Shown in pieces: positions 14,899 through 29,274 of a stretch of DNA of 64,000 nt (position 1 is the first letter of the stretch; every line of letters begins with the position of its first letter). Location: NCBI GenBank assembly GCA_038087875.1, contig CM075981.1:82398001-82462000 (forward strand), written 5' to 3'. A program made the position numbers and the translations under genes. This DNA comes from Malacoraja senta. Taxonomy: Eukaryota. The notes beneath the pieces are model-generated. The model saw nothing but the letters and a program-made list of their open reading frames with translations. It had not been told where the DNA came from and did not search any database.

Positions 14899-15859
14899 TC
14901 ATAGATTAACAGCTCAATCAGGAGATAAATATATCCAGAAAGCAATTATTAAATTGGAGAATTAGAAAATAAAAATTAGAAATAGCTTTCAGTTGACCCA
15001 AGCACAAAACCAGTAAAATCTAATGTGGAAGGTTATTCTCTTTTTAGATGAGAAGTTTATCATGAAAGATGAGAGGTTTAGACAAGGCTGAATGTAAAGT
15101 CTGGGGCATTCATAGATCAACAAGGTTTTTCTCTAAACGTAGGAGGCAAAGAAATGTAGGTGTCATTATACTGTTTACACACTAGATAATTATTCAGGTT
15201 AAGTAATAAAAAGTTAACTATTCTGGAATTTCTATGCATAAATCAAGTGCATTATCTACCAGTTTATCAACTGGACAGAAAATAAATTCAGTGATTTAAA
15301 AACGTTCAAATTATTAAGCTTTTTAATTCCTAACCATTCATGAGCAGATTTTGGCAGTCCCCAAATAAAAGGCAGTCCCCAGATAGAAAAGTAAGATACT
15401 CTGTAAAGAGAGAACACTCTTATGCCTAGATCATTAAACTATTCATTTTTTTAATACATTAAAATATTAAAAATATGGTTGCGTCAAACCTAATCATGAG
15501 TATAGTGTTTGGATTTAGGCACTAGATACCCAAATAAATATTGCCAGGGTATTGTGTACAAAATCAAAGATAGGATTGTAATCACTTGTGTGGAGCACAT
15601 GGAATGATAATTGAAGTACAGCAACAGACATTGGAGCAGCTCGATGGACCTTAGATGTCGCAAATGGAATTTCCAGAAGTGAAATCAAAAAGTTGATAGG
15701 CAAGAGTACAAATGGCAAAGGTGGGTAAATCACATTCTAAACCAATTGCAGAAGAGGTTTCAGGATTGTAATTGCTTATGTTATAAATGATACTTTGTAT
15801 TTAAATTCTACTGGGAAAGCACTACAAATCATGACTCAAAGGATGTTATTCTTACATAC

Positions 15860-15969
15860 CTAATTTTTCTTTAGCAGCTCCATTTATGAAATTGATATCC
15901 TCCCCAGGTAATAATTCCAGTTGTTCCTGACATGCAGAAAAATCACCACATTCAAAATTACCGAGAGCT
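15860..15969 (-). CDS. smg1: SMG1 exon (ALGNFECG...QLELLPGE...KEKL)
   Basis: 110 nt, AG/GT flanks. Confidence 0.94.
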
Positions 15970-16156
15970 CTGTAACAAGAATCACCAAGGCATTAGATTC
16001 TTCTCATCTGATCATTTCTGCAGATTGAGATTCAGTCTAGTTATTTTTTATAATTGTAATATTCTGCCAAATGGAGATGCCCTTGCCTTTCAAAACGTAC
16101 ATTGTTCAGGCAAGTTGATTGTATAGACAATGTACAAATTAAACATTACAGTATCA

Positions 16157-16444
<288 letters not shown>

Positions 16445-16760
16445 TTATCCAAGCGGAATACTCCAGCTTACATGCACAGCCTCCAGCTTACATGCACAGC
16501 CTCATTCTGGCAATGGAGGTGGCCCAGGACAGAAAGGTCAGTGTGGGAATGAATTAAAATAGTTAACAACCAGCAGTTACAGTAGGCCTTGGCAAGTTTT
16601 CAGCAAAATGGTCACCGAGTCTACACTTGGTCCGATGTAAAGACAGCCGCATCAGGAATATCGGATGTAGTAGATGAGGTTAGAGAAGGTGTACTGGAAC
16701 CTCCCTCACCTGGAAGGATTGCTGGGGTCCTTGGATGGATGTGAGGATGTATATGGACCA

Positions 16761-17341
16761 AAGGTAGACACAAAATGCTGGAGTAACTCAGCGGGTCAGG
16801 CAGCATCTCTGGGGAGAAGGAATGGGTGATGTTTCGGGTCGAGACCCTTCTTCAGACTGATGTCAAGGGAGGGGGCGGGACAAAGATAGAATGTAGTTGG
16901 AGACAGTAAGACTAGTGGGAGAACTGGGAAGGGGAGGGGATGGGGAGAGAATGCAACGGCTATCTGAAGTTAGAGAAGTCAATGTTTATACCGCTGGGGT
17001 GTAAGCTACCCAAGCAAAATATGAGGTGCTGTTCCTCAAATTTGCACTGGGCCTCACTCTGACAATGGAGGAGGCCCAGGACAGAAAGGTCGGATTGGGA
17101 ATTGGAGGGGGAGTTGCTGAGCCACCGGGAGATCAGGCAGGTTAAGACGGACTGAGCAGAGGTGTTCAGCGAAACGATCGCCGAGCCTATGCTTGGTCTC
17201 GCTGATATAGAGCAGTTAACACCTGGAACAGCAGATACAGTAGATGAGGTTGGTAGAGCTGCAAGTGAACCTCTGCCTCACCTGGACAGACTGTTTGGGT
17301 CCAGATTTAAACCAGCATCTGCAGTTCTTTCATACACATGA
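16761..17341 (-). mobile_element. Penelope element 3' part (GIY-YIG remnant and pseudo-LTR), 10-bp TSD, adjoining an older Penelope fragment (16440-16760)
   Basis: Minus strand LIYCICCSRC*LLYISETKHRLGDRFAEHL; TSD atatggacca at 16751-16760 and 17342-17351. Confidence 0.8.
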
Positions 17342-17797
17342 ATATGGACCAGCTCCATCCATGACCACAAGACATTGCAGAGAGTTGTGGACGTAGCCCA
17401 GAGCATCACGCAAACCAACCACTCTTCCATTGACCCCATCTACACTTCATGCGCCTTGGCAACATCATCAGCATCATCAAGGACCAGTCTCACCCCTCTT
17501 TGTCCCTCTCCCATCAGGTAAGCGGTCCTGACGGACCTCCCATCTACAATGGGGATCTTTAATTGGACATTATCTTGCACTAAATGTTAAACCCTTGGCA
17601 GCTTGATTGCAATCATGTATGGCCTTTTCTTTGAATGCACCTTAGTACACTAACTCCTAAACTACACCAAGGTGTTACTTCTTCTGTGGCTGCAGGGGAA
17701 AGTACCTCGGGGATGGGGATGGTTTGGTAGTGAAGGGATAAGTGAACTAAGGAGTTGTGGAAGGAGCAGTCTCTGTGGATGGTGAAAGGATGAGAAA

Positions 17798-20010
17798 ATG
17801 TGACATACGTCAGGCTGTTGTTTATAGACTACAGCTCAGTGTTCAATACCATCATCCCCTCCAAGCTGGTTACCAAGCTCACTGAACTGGGTCTCTGTGC
17901 ATCTCTCTGCAACTGGATCCTCGACTTCCTCATCAACAGACTACAGTCTGTTCGAATTGGCAGAAACACTTCTTCCTCAATAACAATCAGTTTGGGAGCA
18001 CCTCAAGGCTGTGCGCTCAGCCCCCTGCTCTACCCTATTCTCACGACTGCGTAGCTGGACACAGCGCAAACTCCATCTTCAAGTTTGCCGATGACACCAT
18101 TGTTGTTGGACAAATTACAGATGGTGATGAGTCAGAGTATAGAAATGATGTCAGGACAACGACCTGGCTCTCAATGTTAGTAAGACCAATGAACTGATTG
18201 TGGACTTTGGAAAAGGATGGATGAGGACCCAAATTCCTGTTTACATCAATGGGACGATGGTGGACAGAAACAAAAACTTCCAATTCCTGGGCATGTATAT
18301 TTCCGAAGATCTTTCCTGGACCCAGCATACTGAATTATAAAGTAAGCACATCAACGCCTCTACTTCCTGAGAGGATTACAGAGATTTGCTGTCAGGGAGG
18401 ATTCTCTTGAACTTCTACAGGTGCACAGTAGAGAGCATATTGACTGGTTGCATCACCACCTGGTTCGGCAACTTGAATGCCCAGGAGCGAAGAAGACTGC
18501 AAAAGGTTGTGAACACTGCCCAGTCCATCACCGGCTCTCACCTCCCCACCATCGAAGGGATTTACCGGAGTCGCTGCCTCAAAAAGGCAGCCAGCATCAT
18601 CAGAGACCCACACCACCCTGGCCACACACTCATTTCACCACTGCCATCGGGAAGGTGGTACAAGTAGGTATGTTACAAAACTTACCTTCATCGGCGCTGC
18701 AGTTCTGTCTGCCCGTGTGCGCGACTTTGGCGCCTTTTAGAGGGGGGCGGGTTTAAAATGCAGTATTTCTCCAGCCTATTCAAATCGATTTTGAACAGGC
18801 TGTTTAGATGCTGAAGAAAAATCGCTTCGACATCGGTTTTATTAAATTTATTTTAAACTGCACTAGATAATTTAATAGCAGGAGTAAATGAAAAAGCATC
18901 TTCTAAAGCCGTCAACGCCGACAACGGGGACGGATTTCACGCATGGGACAGGTAAAAGAAAGCCGTTTATTTTACATATAAACTTGCTTCTTAGGATGCC
19001 TTTAATCAAAATTTTATGTTGCGAAAAGGTGATTATGTAAATATACGAACCGGCAGTATTTTTCCTGCCGATATGGGGTTTAAATTCACTGCAACCGCAA
19101 CGTTCCGAACGATCGCGTTCCACAAAATCCCACTCACAAGATGATTTAAATGGCCATTCATTTACGGGAATTAAACACTAAATTCCTTCCATTTGGCCTA
19201 TAAATTCATGACAATGAGATTTAAAAATCATGTTATATTGTGAATTCTTGTGTGAATGTTATTTGGTCACTTAAGCTATTTAAAAATGTTAATCTTTTCT
19301 TAAGAAATTGATAGATGTTTAGATCTAGTAATTGAATTTTGTAATTAGCTACAATTAGGTAACTAACTAATTATATGCTTTAATTTCAGGTCATCCAAGT
19401 AAGATTGTTTCATATTTGTTTCAGAATGCTTCAATCCATAATAACTGAAAATTTCTTTCAGTTTTCTTAATTTTTAAGATAGTTATGGGCTTTTGACTGT
19501 CCCCGATCACAGCTTTTGAGTTAAGTCAATGGAAAAGCAATAGGGAACAAGATGCTAATTTCCGAGTATGAAAATGGCCATAACTGTTTTAATACTGAAT
19601 ATATGAAAGTGAATTAGGTGTCAAATTAAACTTCTTTTTATGCTTTATCTAATGGGATAAATTGCAGACTTGATTTTTTAAATCTCAAAATTTTATAACA
19701 TTGCTAGTACAAGAGCCTGAAACGCCCAGGATCAGGGACAGCTTCTTCTCTACACCCATTCGGCTATTAAACACTACAACCTCAAATAAGCTCTGAACTA
19801 CATAAGACTATTATTGTTATTATTGCAATACTATATATGATCTATATATGATTTAAATATGTGTGTATTTGTGAGTATGTGTATACACACAACGTTTTTT
19901 CCTCTCGTTTATTATATTTACAGTGTACTATGTTTATATATTCTGTTGTGCTGCTGCAAGTTAGAATTGAATTGTTCTATCTGGGACATATGACAATAAA
20001 ACACTCTTGA
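17798..20010 (+). mobile_element. Rex1/Babar-like LINE RT fragment, interrupted by the 7-bp-TSD transposon
   Basis: [24 protein letters not shown] and KFADD motifs; resumes after 19713. Confidence 0.8.
18665..19706 (+). mobile_element. Non-autonomous DNA transposon with TAG..CTA termini and 7-bp TSD (hATw-like)
   Basis: TSD gtacaag at 18658-18664 and 19707-19713; imperfect TIR TAGNNATGTTAYAAAA. Confidence 0.8.
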
Positions 20011-21550
20011 CTGGTGATGGGATCATGTTGGAGGTGGCGGAACTGTCAGAGAATGTGTTGGATGCAGAGGCTGGTGGTGTGAAAGACCAGGGGAATTCTA
20101 TCCTTGGTCTGTCTGGGGAGAGAGGAACGAGAGCTGACCTACAGGGCACAGAGGAGATGCGGGTGTGGGATCCATCTATGACAGCCAAAGGGAAACTATG
20201 TTTACTAAAGAGAGAGGGCAGATTGGATGCCCCAGAATAGAAATGCTGATGTGGCACAAACAGAGAAATTGAGAGTAGGGAATAGCATCTTCGAAAGAAG
20301 CAAGGTGGGAGTAGGTATAGGCTAGATAACTATGGGAGTCGTGGGGTTTGTAGTAGACATCCATTGATAGCCTGTCCCTGACCAACAAACAGAGATCAAG
20401 AAAGGGAAGAAAGATGTCCTATTGCAAAAATGCTATCATCTACACTCAATTTCTGTCTTCACCACTCCATCTGCTCCCAAGATGAGGTTTTACATTCAAG
20501 ATGTCCTTTCTTTAGTAAAACTGGTATCCTCCATGCCCTTGTATAGATCCTTCACTTGCGTCTCCTCCCTGTCCCACAGTTCTTGCTACCCCACCCACCA
20601 AACAGAATAAGGAAGTTTCCTGGTCCTGGTCTTTCACCCCACCAGCCTCTGCATCCAATACATAATTCTCCGACATTTCTGCCACCTTCAACCTGAACCC
20701 ACTACTTCCCATCCCCATCCCTTTCCAGAGATCGCCTCCTCCGCAACTCCTTAGTTCAGTCATCCCTTCCTACCTAAACCATCCCTTCTCGAGGTACACT
20801 CCCCTGCAACCGCAGGAGGTGTAATACCTGTCCCTATACCTTCACCCTCGCATTCATCCAAGAAACCCAGCAGTCCTTCAAGGTGAGAGTGTTACATGTG
20901 CATCTCTATCTACTTCCTCAGGTGCTCCCGATGTGGCCTCCTTTTCATCGGCGAGCTATTGTTTCGCCAAAAACTTATGCTTGGTCTGCTACGGTTATTG
21001 GATCTCCATTTTAATTACCATTTCTATACTGACCCTTCTGTCCTGGGCCTGCTCCATCACCAGAGTTAAGCTACATGCAAACTGGATAAACAACATGTCA
21101 TATTCCACTTGGGCAGCTTACAACCCAGTGGTATAAACATTGAAGTCTCCAATTTTAGGTGACCTACCAAAACCCCTATTCCCCTCCACTAGCCCCCCCC
21201 CCCCACCCCCCCACACACAGTTCGCACTTCTATCCTTATCTCACATGTTTTTGTCTTGTCTTGTCTTTTCATCTCTGGCCTTTGTCCAACCATCTGCCAA
21301 TCAAAAACCTGCTTCACCTGGATCTACCTATCCATTGCCAGGCTCTGTCCTGACCCTACTCTCTTCCAGTGCACCCCCCCCCCCCCCCCCACCAACCACC
21401 ATAACCAGTCTGATGAAGGATCCCAACCATCAACAAAAAGTCAGGTATGTTCTCCAGAGAACTGTTCTCCAGAGATGCCGCCTGACCTGCTGACTTTGCC
21501 CAACTCTTTGATTTTGTTTGTAAACCAGCATATGCAGGTCCTTGTTTCTT
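20010..21550. mobile_element. Degenerate Penelope fragments in both orientations (RT end, GIY-YIG, pseudo-LTR)
   Basis: DVYYKPHDSHSYLAY and AIPYSQFL (minus strand); plus-strand copy ends aaaccagcatatgcag. Confidence 0.7.
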
Positions 21551-22195
21551 CATTTAATTTCCCAAACTAGTCCACCAGCTTCAGCACATTGTTTGGACAT
21601 TAGACTTCCAAAATAGGATAATACTCTAAGCTCCATCATAGTAAGCAATCTCCAAATGGACAAAAAACTCTGATTCGACAATATGGCCTCCTTGACAATA
21701 CGCAACTCATGGGAAACCTGGGCCTGGGTTTGCTGAAAGAGAAGCCCCAAGCACTTGGAATTTCTCCCACCCAAGTAAATGGAGGTCAAGCCCAGCAGTA
21801 GAGAGCAAAATCTGTGGATCCTGCGTTGGAATAAGTCATTTCCAAACCCACAGAACTGTAGTGAAATCCTCAATGCTGAGAGAAAGCTTATAAAGGCAAG
21901 AATTAAACAAAAACAGCATAGGGTTTAAACTAGTGTTCAAACCTCAGGCTTATAAAAAAATATGAACTTCTATAGCTCTTTAAACATTATAGCCCATTCA
22001 TTATTTTTGAAATGTATCCAAAAGGGCATTTCTATTGCCATATGTTACACATCTCTTGTACTGGTCATTTTCAGATTTACAATGCAAACAGAGGCTGGTC
22101 AACCAGCCTAAAATTATGCCACTCAAAGTTAGAGCAAGAATATTCACCAGCCCTTTAATTAATTATTGTATTTTTAAATATATACAAATCATTCA

Positions 22196-22471
<276 letters not shown>

Positions 22472-22557
22472 TCAAGGTGGTAACACCATCATCTACATTA
22501 CATCTTTAGTCTTTCGAATTTCAAGGAGCTTCTCAACACTAGGCAATGAAATCACTA

Positions 22558-23215
22558 AGATAGACACAAAGTGCTGGAGTAACTCAGCAGGTCAGCATCC
22601 CTGGAGAACATAGATAAGCGATGTTATGGGCCGGGACCCTTCTTCACACCGATGGATGTCCCAGTTACGAGCCATTTTAACTCCCCTTCCCATTTCCACA
22701 CTGACCTTTCTGCCCTGGGCCATCTTCATTGCCAGAGTGAGGCCACACGCAAAATGGACAAACAGCACCTTATATTCCACTTGGGCAGCTTGTAACCCAA
22801 TGGTATGAACGTTAAATTCTCCAATTTCAGATGGGAACCCCCTTTTCCGCCCTCTTCCCTGTGCCACACCTGGTTACGTACCTATTTCATTTTCCCTTCC
22901 CCTGCTCCGTCTCCTTCCACTTCAATACCTTTCTCTGGGTTCACATTTTACGCCTCCTCTACTCTTTATATCACTGTCTTTTCATCTCCACTCTTTGTCC
23001 AACCACCTGCCAATCAAAAACACTTCACTTGTATTCACTATTCACTTGCCAGGCTTTATCCTGCCCCCACCATTCTTCCAGCATCCTCTCCCCTAGTACC
23101 AAGAATCTGGCCCAAAATGCTGCTTGTCCATCTTCTTCAGGGATGCTGCCTGACCCGCTAAGTGCTCCAACAAAAGTGTTTCTTTCAATAAACCAGCATC
23201 TGTAGTTCCTTGCGT
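22558..23215. mobile_element. Penelope fragment with inverted pseudo-LTR ends
   Basis: gctggagtaactcagc at left and its complement near 23145-23210. Confidence 0.65.
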
Positions 23216-23516
23216 CGACAAATCGCCAAGAGAGTTTTGTTTGGTTTGTCACATGCAGCCTTTAAATCATTTCAATCCAAGTTATGACAAAGAACGCAAG
23301 AAAATTCTAATGATATTCTATGATTATAGCAAGTTATATTCAGCCTGTCATAAATATGCATGCAAACATTACACGCTAGGTAAGACAAGGTCAGCTTGGG
23401 ATAAAACTGCCAGGAAATTCACTGATTCTGCAGTGTGGCAAAAAAACAAACATTGTTACACTATCCTCCATTTCTATTCTAAAACATAAATAACATACCT
23501 ACTGAATGGACTAGTG

Positions 23517-24151
23517 CAGTGCTTCTTAAACTATTACAGTGACATTCACCCAAGTCTTTATCACAAAATTTCATTCACCCTCTTATGTTTTTTGGTAATT
23601 TTCGTCTTATTCTCCCTTGTGTATAATTTTATATATAATTTATTTTGTCACATGAGCAAGAAACATAAATTAACTTATTTCTTAAATGTTTATTTTATTC
23701 AACTTTTTTAACATCCTAAAAATATGTAAAGAAAGCTAGGAGTGAAAAAAGAGTTTAATTACCACTGGAGTTGGAAAATCATTCTATTAGAATGATAAAA
23801 AAACATTCCAACATCTGAATGGGCTTCTGCCCCATCCTACCGTTTCGGGCTTTGATTACTGCAGTTTTTTTCTTGGGAAAACTAGCTAAAAAAAACATGG
23901 TCTTCCCTAAAAGATTATATTACAGTAAATTTGGGAAATATCTTGCTACTTTGAGATTAGAAAACCATAAGTAGAGAGAAAAAAAACATATCAAATCTCT
24001 AGCTCCACTGCCATTAAAACCAATAAGAGCTTACTAACCACATTAATGACAATGCCTTTTGGTATAGAAAAATATATAAATATCTGAATACATTAAGTCA
24101 TTCACCCTTCATTCACCCCAAAATAACCATTCACCAGTTTAAGAAGCACTG
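23517..24151. mobile_element. hAT (Charlie-like) MITE
   Basis: 16-bp TIR CAGTGCTTCTTAAACT; 8-bp TSD gactagtg/gactagag; related partial copy at 51476-52122. Confidence 0.85.
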
Positions 24152-24624
24152 GACTAGAGCACGGTTTTGTACACTTTATGTAATCTTTCATTCAAATTTC
24201 ACTTGGCTGGAATGCCTTCCTAATAACTCAGCCCAAATCCAGGTTTTTGTTCCTTGGCAGATATGCCCTCCAGACTTTATCAATTTTTCATTCAGATTAG
24301 ACTCAATGCTATTATTAGATAACTGTAACCCATAATAATAATCAAGAATCTATCTATCAATATCTGCCTTTAAAATATCAATTGACTTGGCAGGCAATTG
24401 AACCATCCTATCAACAACTAGAGAGCTATCCTGAGCTACTATCTCTCTCCCTGGAGACCCTCGGACTATCTTGCACTAAACTTTATTCCCGTTATCATGA
24501 ATCTATACACTGTGGATGCTCGATTGTAATCATGTAGTCTTTCCGTTGACTCATTAGCAAGCAAAAAATGCTTTTTACTGTACCGCAGTACACGTAACAA
24601 TGAACTAAACAATAACTAAATTTA

Positions 24625-24819
<195 letters not shown>

Positions 24820-25464
24820 TTAAAACATGAATAAACTATTGGATGCAGAAAACCAGAGGGCAAATAATATACTCAATGCTTTGAAATGCATTTGAATATC
24901 CTACTAAAAGATCTGGTTTAATATTTGAACTCATTTTAGTTTGAGAACAAAATATTTCACTTTGAGATGATCATCAAATGTAATCAATTGTCAGGATCTC
25001 AATATACAATGATAAGCTGCCCTCTAGTTTCTAATATTTAGGTTCCCATGAAACTGCACTGAAGCGGTAGTAGTGCAAGAAAATATTGCATTACATAGCA
25101 TATTTGGTATGCCTAGCATGGTTTTGAAATCTCGGGTTTGAATGGCTTTTACGGAGAGAATAAAACTGGATAAACTATTTCATTGCATCAATCCTAGTGT
25201 TACAAGTGAACTGAAAACATGCCAAGGGGTAGTTCTAGTTCAGCAACATGGAATATTGAGTCCCAAAACTCTCTCTTGATATCAAAGTGAATCCATTTGA
25301 AAATGGACATTTGTGACAGAATGACATGCAAGTGACAGGGCTGCATCAACCAGACATTTCTCATTTGGTCTTGCTTCTTACACTCATACATAGAACTCCA
25401 ACAGCATTGAAAGAGGGATGCTCATGAACCCATATCCATCCAATGTTTGTTCAAATACAAGTGC

Positions 25465-25701
25465 AGCATAATGGTGCAGGTGTTAGAGCTGCTGCCTCAT
25501 GGCAAGAGTATTGGTGCAGATGTTAGAGCTGCTGCCTCATGGCAAGAGATCCTGGTTCAATCCAGACCTTCAGTGCTATATATGTGGATTTTGCACGTTC
25601 TCCCCGTGACCGCACGGATTTCCTCCGGTTTCCTCCCACATCTCAAAGACGTGCGGGTTTGTTGGTTAATTGGTCTCTGTAAATAGCCCTAGTGTGTAGA
25701 G
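25465..25701 (+). mobile_element. tRNA-derived HE1/V-SINE with a tandem duplication of its head
   Basis: B-box-like ggttcaatcc; V-domain ggttaattgg; 40-bp duplication near 25473-25547. Confidence 0.7.
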
Positions 25702-26503
25702 CAGTGTTTCTCAACCGGGGTTCCCCGGAACACTAGGGTTCCACGAGAGGTCGCTAGGGGTTCCGAGAGAAAGAGTGATAAATAGGCTAATCATATGTAA
25801 ATTCATTTGTCATTTTTGTGGTTAATTTCATATTCGTAATTTTATTATGCACGTACGGCATATTTAGCAACGTCATATTTAGCAATGTCTATACGGCGCC
25901 AGTGTGAAACGGCCTTTAGTGGTCAGTGGACAGGAGCTGTACCTGACGGATTTGTGTATCATCAAGTGACTCACTCGAGGACAGACGCATGCATGGTCTT
26001 CATCAGTCCTGTCTGTGCTTCCTGGCGTGCAGGTACAGTCCCTCATTCACCCACATTATTTAGCAGTTTTTACCCATAATTTAGTGATGTTATATGAATT
26101 TTAAAAATTTATGTTTATGTTTATTTTTGTTAGTTTATCAAAAGTTTATATATGTATGTTTTTGTTGTTTATGAAAAGTTTGTGTGTTGTTTTCTCTCTC
26201 TCTATCTCTCTCGCTCTCTCTCCTCCAAGGTTAGTTCTTCTGTTTGCCTATATTTGCTTCCGTTTTGAACAAGCAGTTTGACAAGTGTTTTTTTTGCATT
26301 GTCAATAAACTTGAGATAAACATGTTATTTTTTGCTCAAACCAGTTATCAGAAAATATATTATGCTTGCCTTATGAACTTTAAGTTTATGAAAGAGAAAG
26401 AAAGAGATTAATAAAGATATATAATAATTTGTATGTAGGTGTTCCCTGCAACATGAAGATTATTTCAAGGGTTCCGCAAGGGTAAAAAGGTTGAGAAACG
26501 CTG
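25702..26503. mobile_element. hAT (Charlie-like) MITE inserted in the SINE
   Basis: TIR CAGYGTTTCTCAACC; TSD gtgtagag/gggtagag; the same end recurs at 34194-34260. Confidence 0.85.
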
Positions 26504-26977
26504 GGGTAGAGAATGGAAGCAAATAACAATGGATAAACAGAACAAGATATGGATTTGGATGTAGTACGCTGAAAAGCTCTAGGTAGAGCATCACCGCTGA
26601 TCCAGTTTTCAATTTGCCCCAAATATAAATTACGAACTGCAGTAATAGGATCTGAACACAATTCAGGATCATTGGCTTACAATGTAACTACAGTGCATCC
26701 TGTAAAGAGGCAGGGGCCAGTGTATAACAGAGATGTTTGATGATATATATAGATGCAAATGGAGTTTGCTGAGAAGAGCCAAAGATAGTTTGAAGGTTGT
26801 AGTAATGTGCTTGGTTTATTGATTTTGTTTTCAGCAGTAAATTCCTACTCATGGAATACTAGTTGTTCCTACTGTTGCACTGAAGTTTTTTTAAATTCCA
26901 TTTCGCAGAATATTTTACTCTACCACAATTATTTCTCACAACAGCCACTTAATATAATTGGTGATTATACCAAGTTA

Positions 26978-27250
<273 letters not shown>

Positions 27251-27300
27251 TCATAACTTAAATCACACAGCACTTAAGAACATAAAAATATACCAACTTA

Positions 27301-27615
<315 letters not shown>

Positions 27616-27779
27616 TCAAACAAAAATTAGATTCCCATTTGATAACATTTTTAGATAAAATCGAGTAACTACATGAAAACAAACTTTTCTTGACAGTAAT
27701 TTTCAAACAGAGCTGCAGGTATTTGAGCAGCTGATGTCCTGTGATATTGATCAGCTACAGAAAGGAGTGGAGAAATGGC

Positions 27780-29050
27780 AAAAAGGAATTTAATCCAAAC
27801 AAGTGAGGTGTTGCACATTCGGTGTTTGAACGCACGGGGAAAGTATATAGTTAATAAAAGACCCTCAAGCAGCAATGATTTCCAGAGAGATCTTGCGTCA
27901 AGTCCATAGCTCCACGAAAGTGAGAACAGAAGTAGATCGTCATTGATTGGGATAGTGAGTCAGGAAGTTATATATTTTTTTTAAACTTTGGTTTGGCTGT
28001 ATTTGGAGTATTACATAGAGTTGCCCCATTACAGGAAGGATGTGAAGATTTTGGAGAACACGCAGCAGTTTCCCAGAATGCTGCCTGAATTAGAGGGTAT
28101 TAACTACAAGAAACATAGAAACATAGAAAATAGGTGCAGGAGGAGGCCATTCGGCCCTTCGAGCCAGCACCGCCATTCATTGTGATCGTGGCTGATCGTC
28201 CCCTATCAATAACCCGTGCCTGCCTTCTCCCCATATCCCTTGACTCCACTAGCCCCAAGAGATCTATCTAACTCGCTCTTAAATCCATCCAGTGACTTGC
28301 CTCCACTGCCCTCTGTGGCAGGGAATTCCATAAATTCACAACTCTCTGGGTGAAAACGGTTTTTTCTCACCTCAGTCTTAAATGACCTCCCCTTTATTCT
28401 AAGACTGTGGCCCCTGGTTCTGGACTTGCCCCACATTGGGAACATTTTTCCTGCATCTAGCTTGTCCAGTCCTTTTATAATTTTATATGTTTCTATAAGA
28501 TTCCCCCTCATCCTTCTAACCTCCAGTGAATACAAGCCTAGTCTTTTCAATCTTTCCTCATATGACAGTCCCGCCATCCCAGGGATCAATCTCGTGAACC
28601 TGCGCTGCACTGCCTCAATCACAAGGATTGATCACAAGAAGTTGGACAAACTTGGATTGTTTTCTCTGGAATGTCAGAGGTTGAGGGGAGATCTGATAGA
28701 GGTATATATAAAATTATGAGGTGCATAGACAGGATAGACAGAACCTTTTTCCTACAGTGGAAATGTCAGACAAGAGGGCATAAATTTAAGGTGAGAGGAG
28801 CAAAGCTTAAAGGAGATGTGCAGGGCAATTTTTTATTACACTTAAGAGTGGAGGGCGCCTGGAGCACACTGCCAGTTGTGGTATTAGAGGCAGAAACAAG
28901 AGTGGCATTTAGGAGGCTTTTAGATAGGCATGAATTTGCAAGGAATGGAGGGGTGACATGAAGGCACAGAAGATCAGTTTAATTTTGGGACCATGTTTGT
29001 TACCTTGCGGGCTGAAAGGCCTGTTCCTGTGCTGTACTGTTCTATGCTCC
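27780..29050 (+). mobile_element. Old CR1 3' fragment containing a younger antisense HER1 3' end (28110-28628, minus strand)
   Basis: LGLFSLE.RLRGDLIEVY on plus strand; ORF 28206..28622 on minus; acaagaa repeated at the junctions. Confidence 0.8.
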
Positions 29051-29274
29051 ATGTATTTAAACAGCAATTTTACTTTGGAGTCACGTGAGTGACTACGTGA
29101 AGACCCCGCCAGCACGCATGCGCGACATATCGTCTAACGCATTGCGCAGCAACTGGCGGGGAGGAGCGTTGCTCCCGGAGCGGTAGGCTTAAAAACAGGA
29201 CTTGCAGGTAAGTTATTTACTCTGAGGTCGTTTTGTTCCGTTTCTGGGAGAATTGTTTTTCAGAAAAGGAACCT

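Noticed and set aside
16461-16503. 20-bp tandem duplication (similar small duplications near 25473, 32218 and 56982)
   Set aside because: Ordinary slippage inside dead repeats
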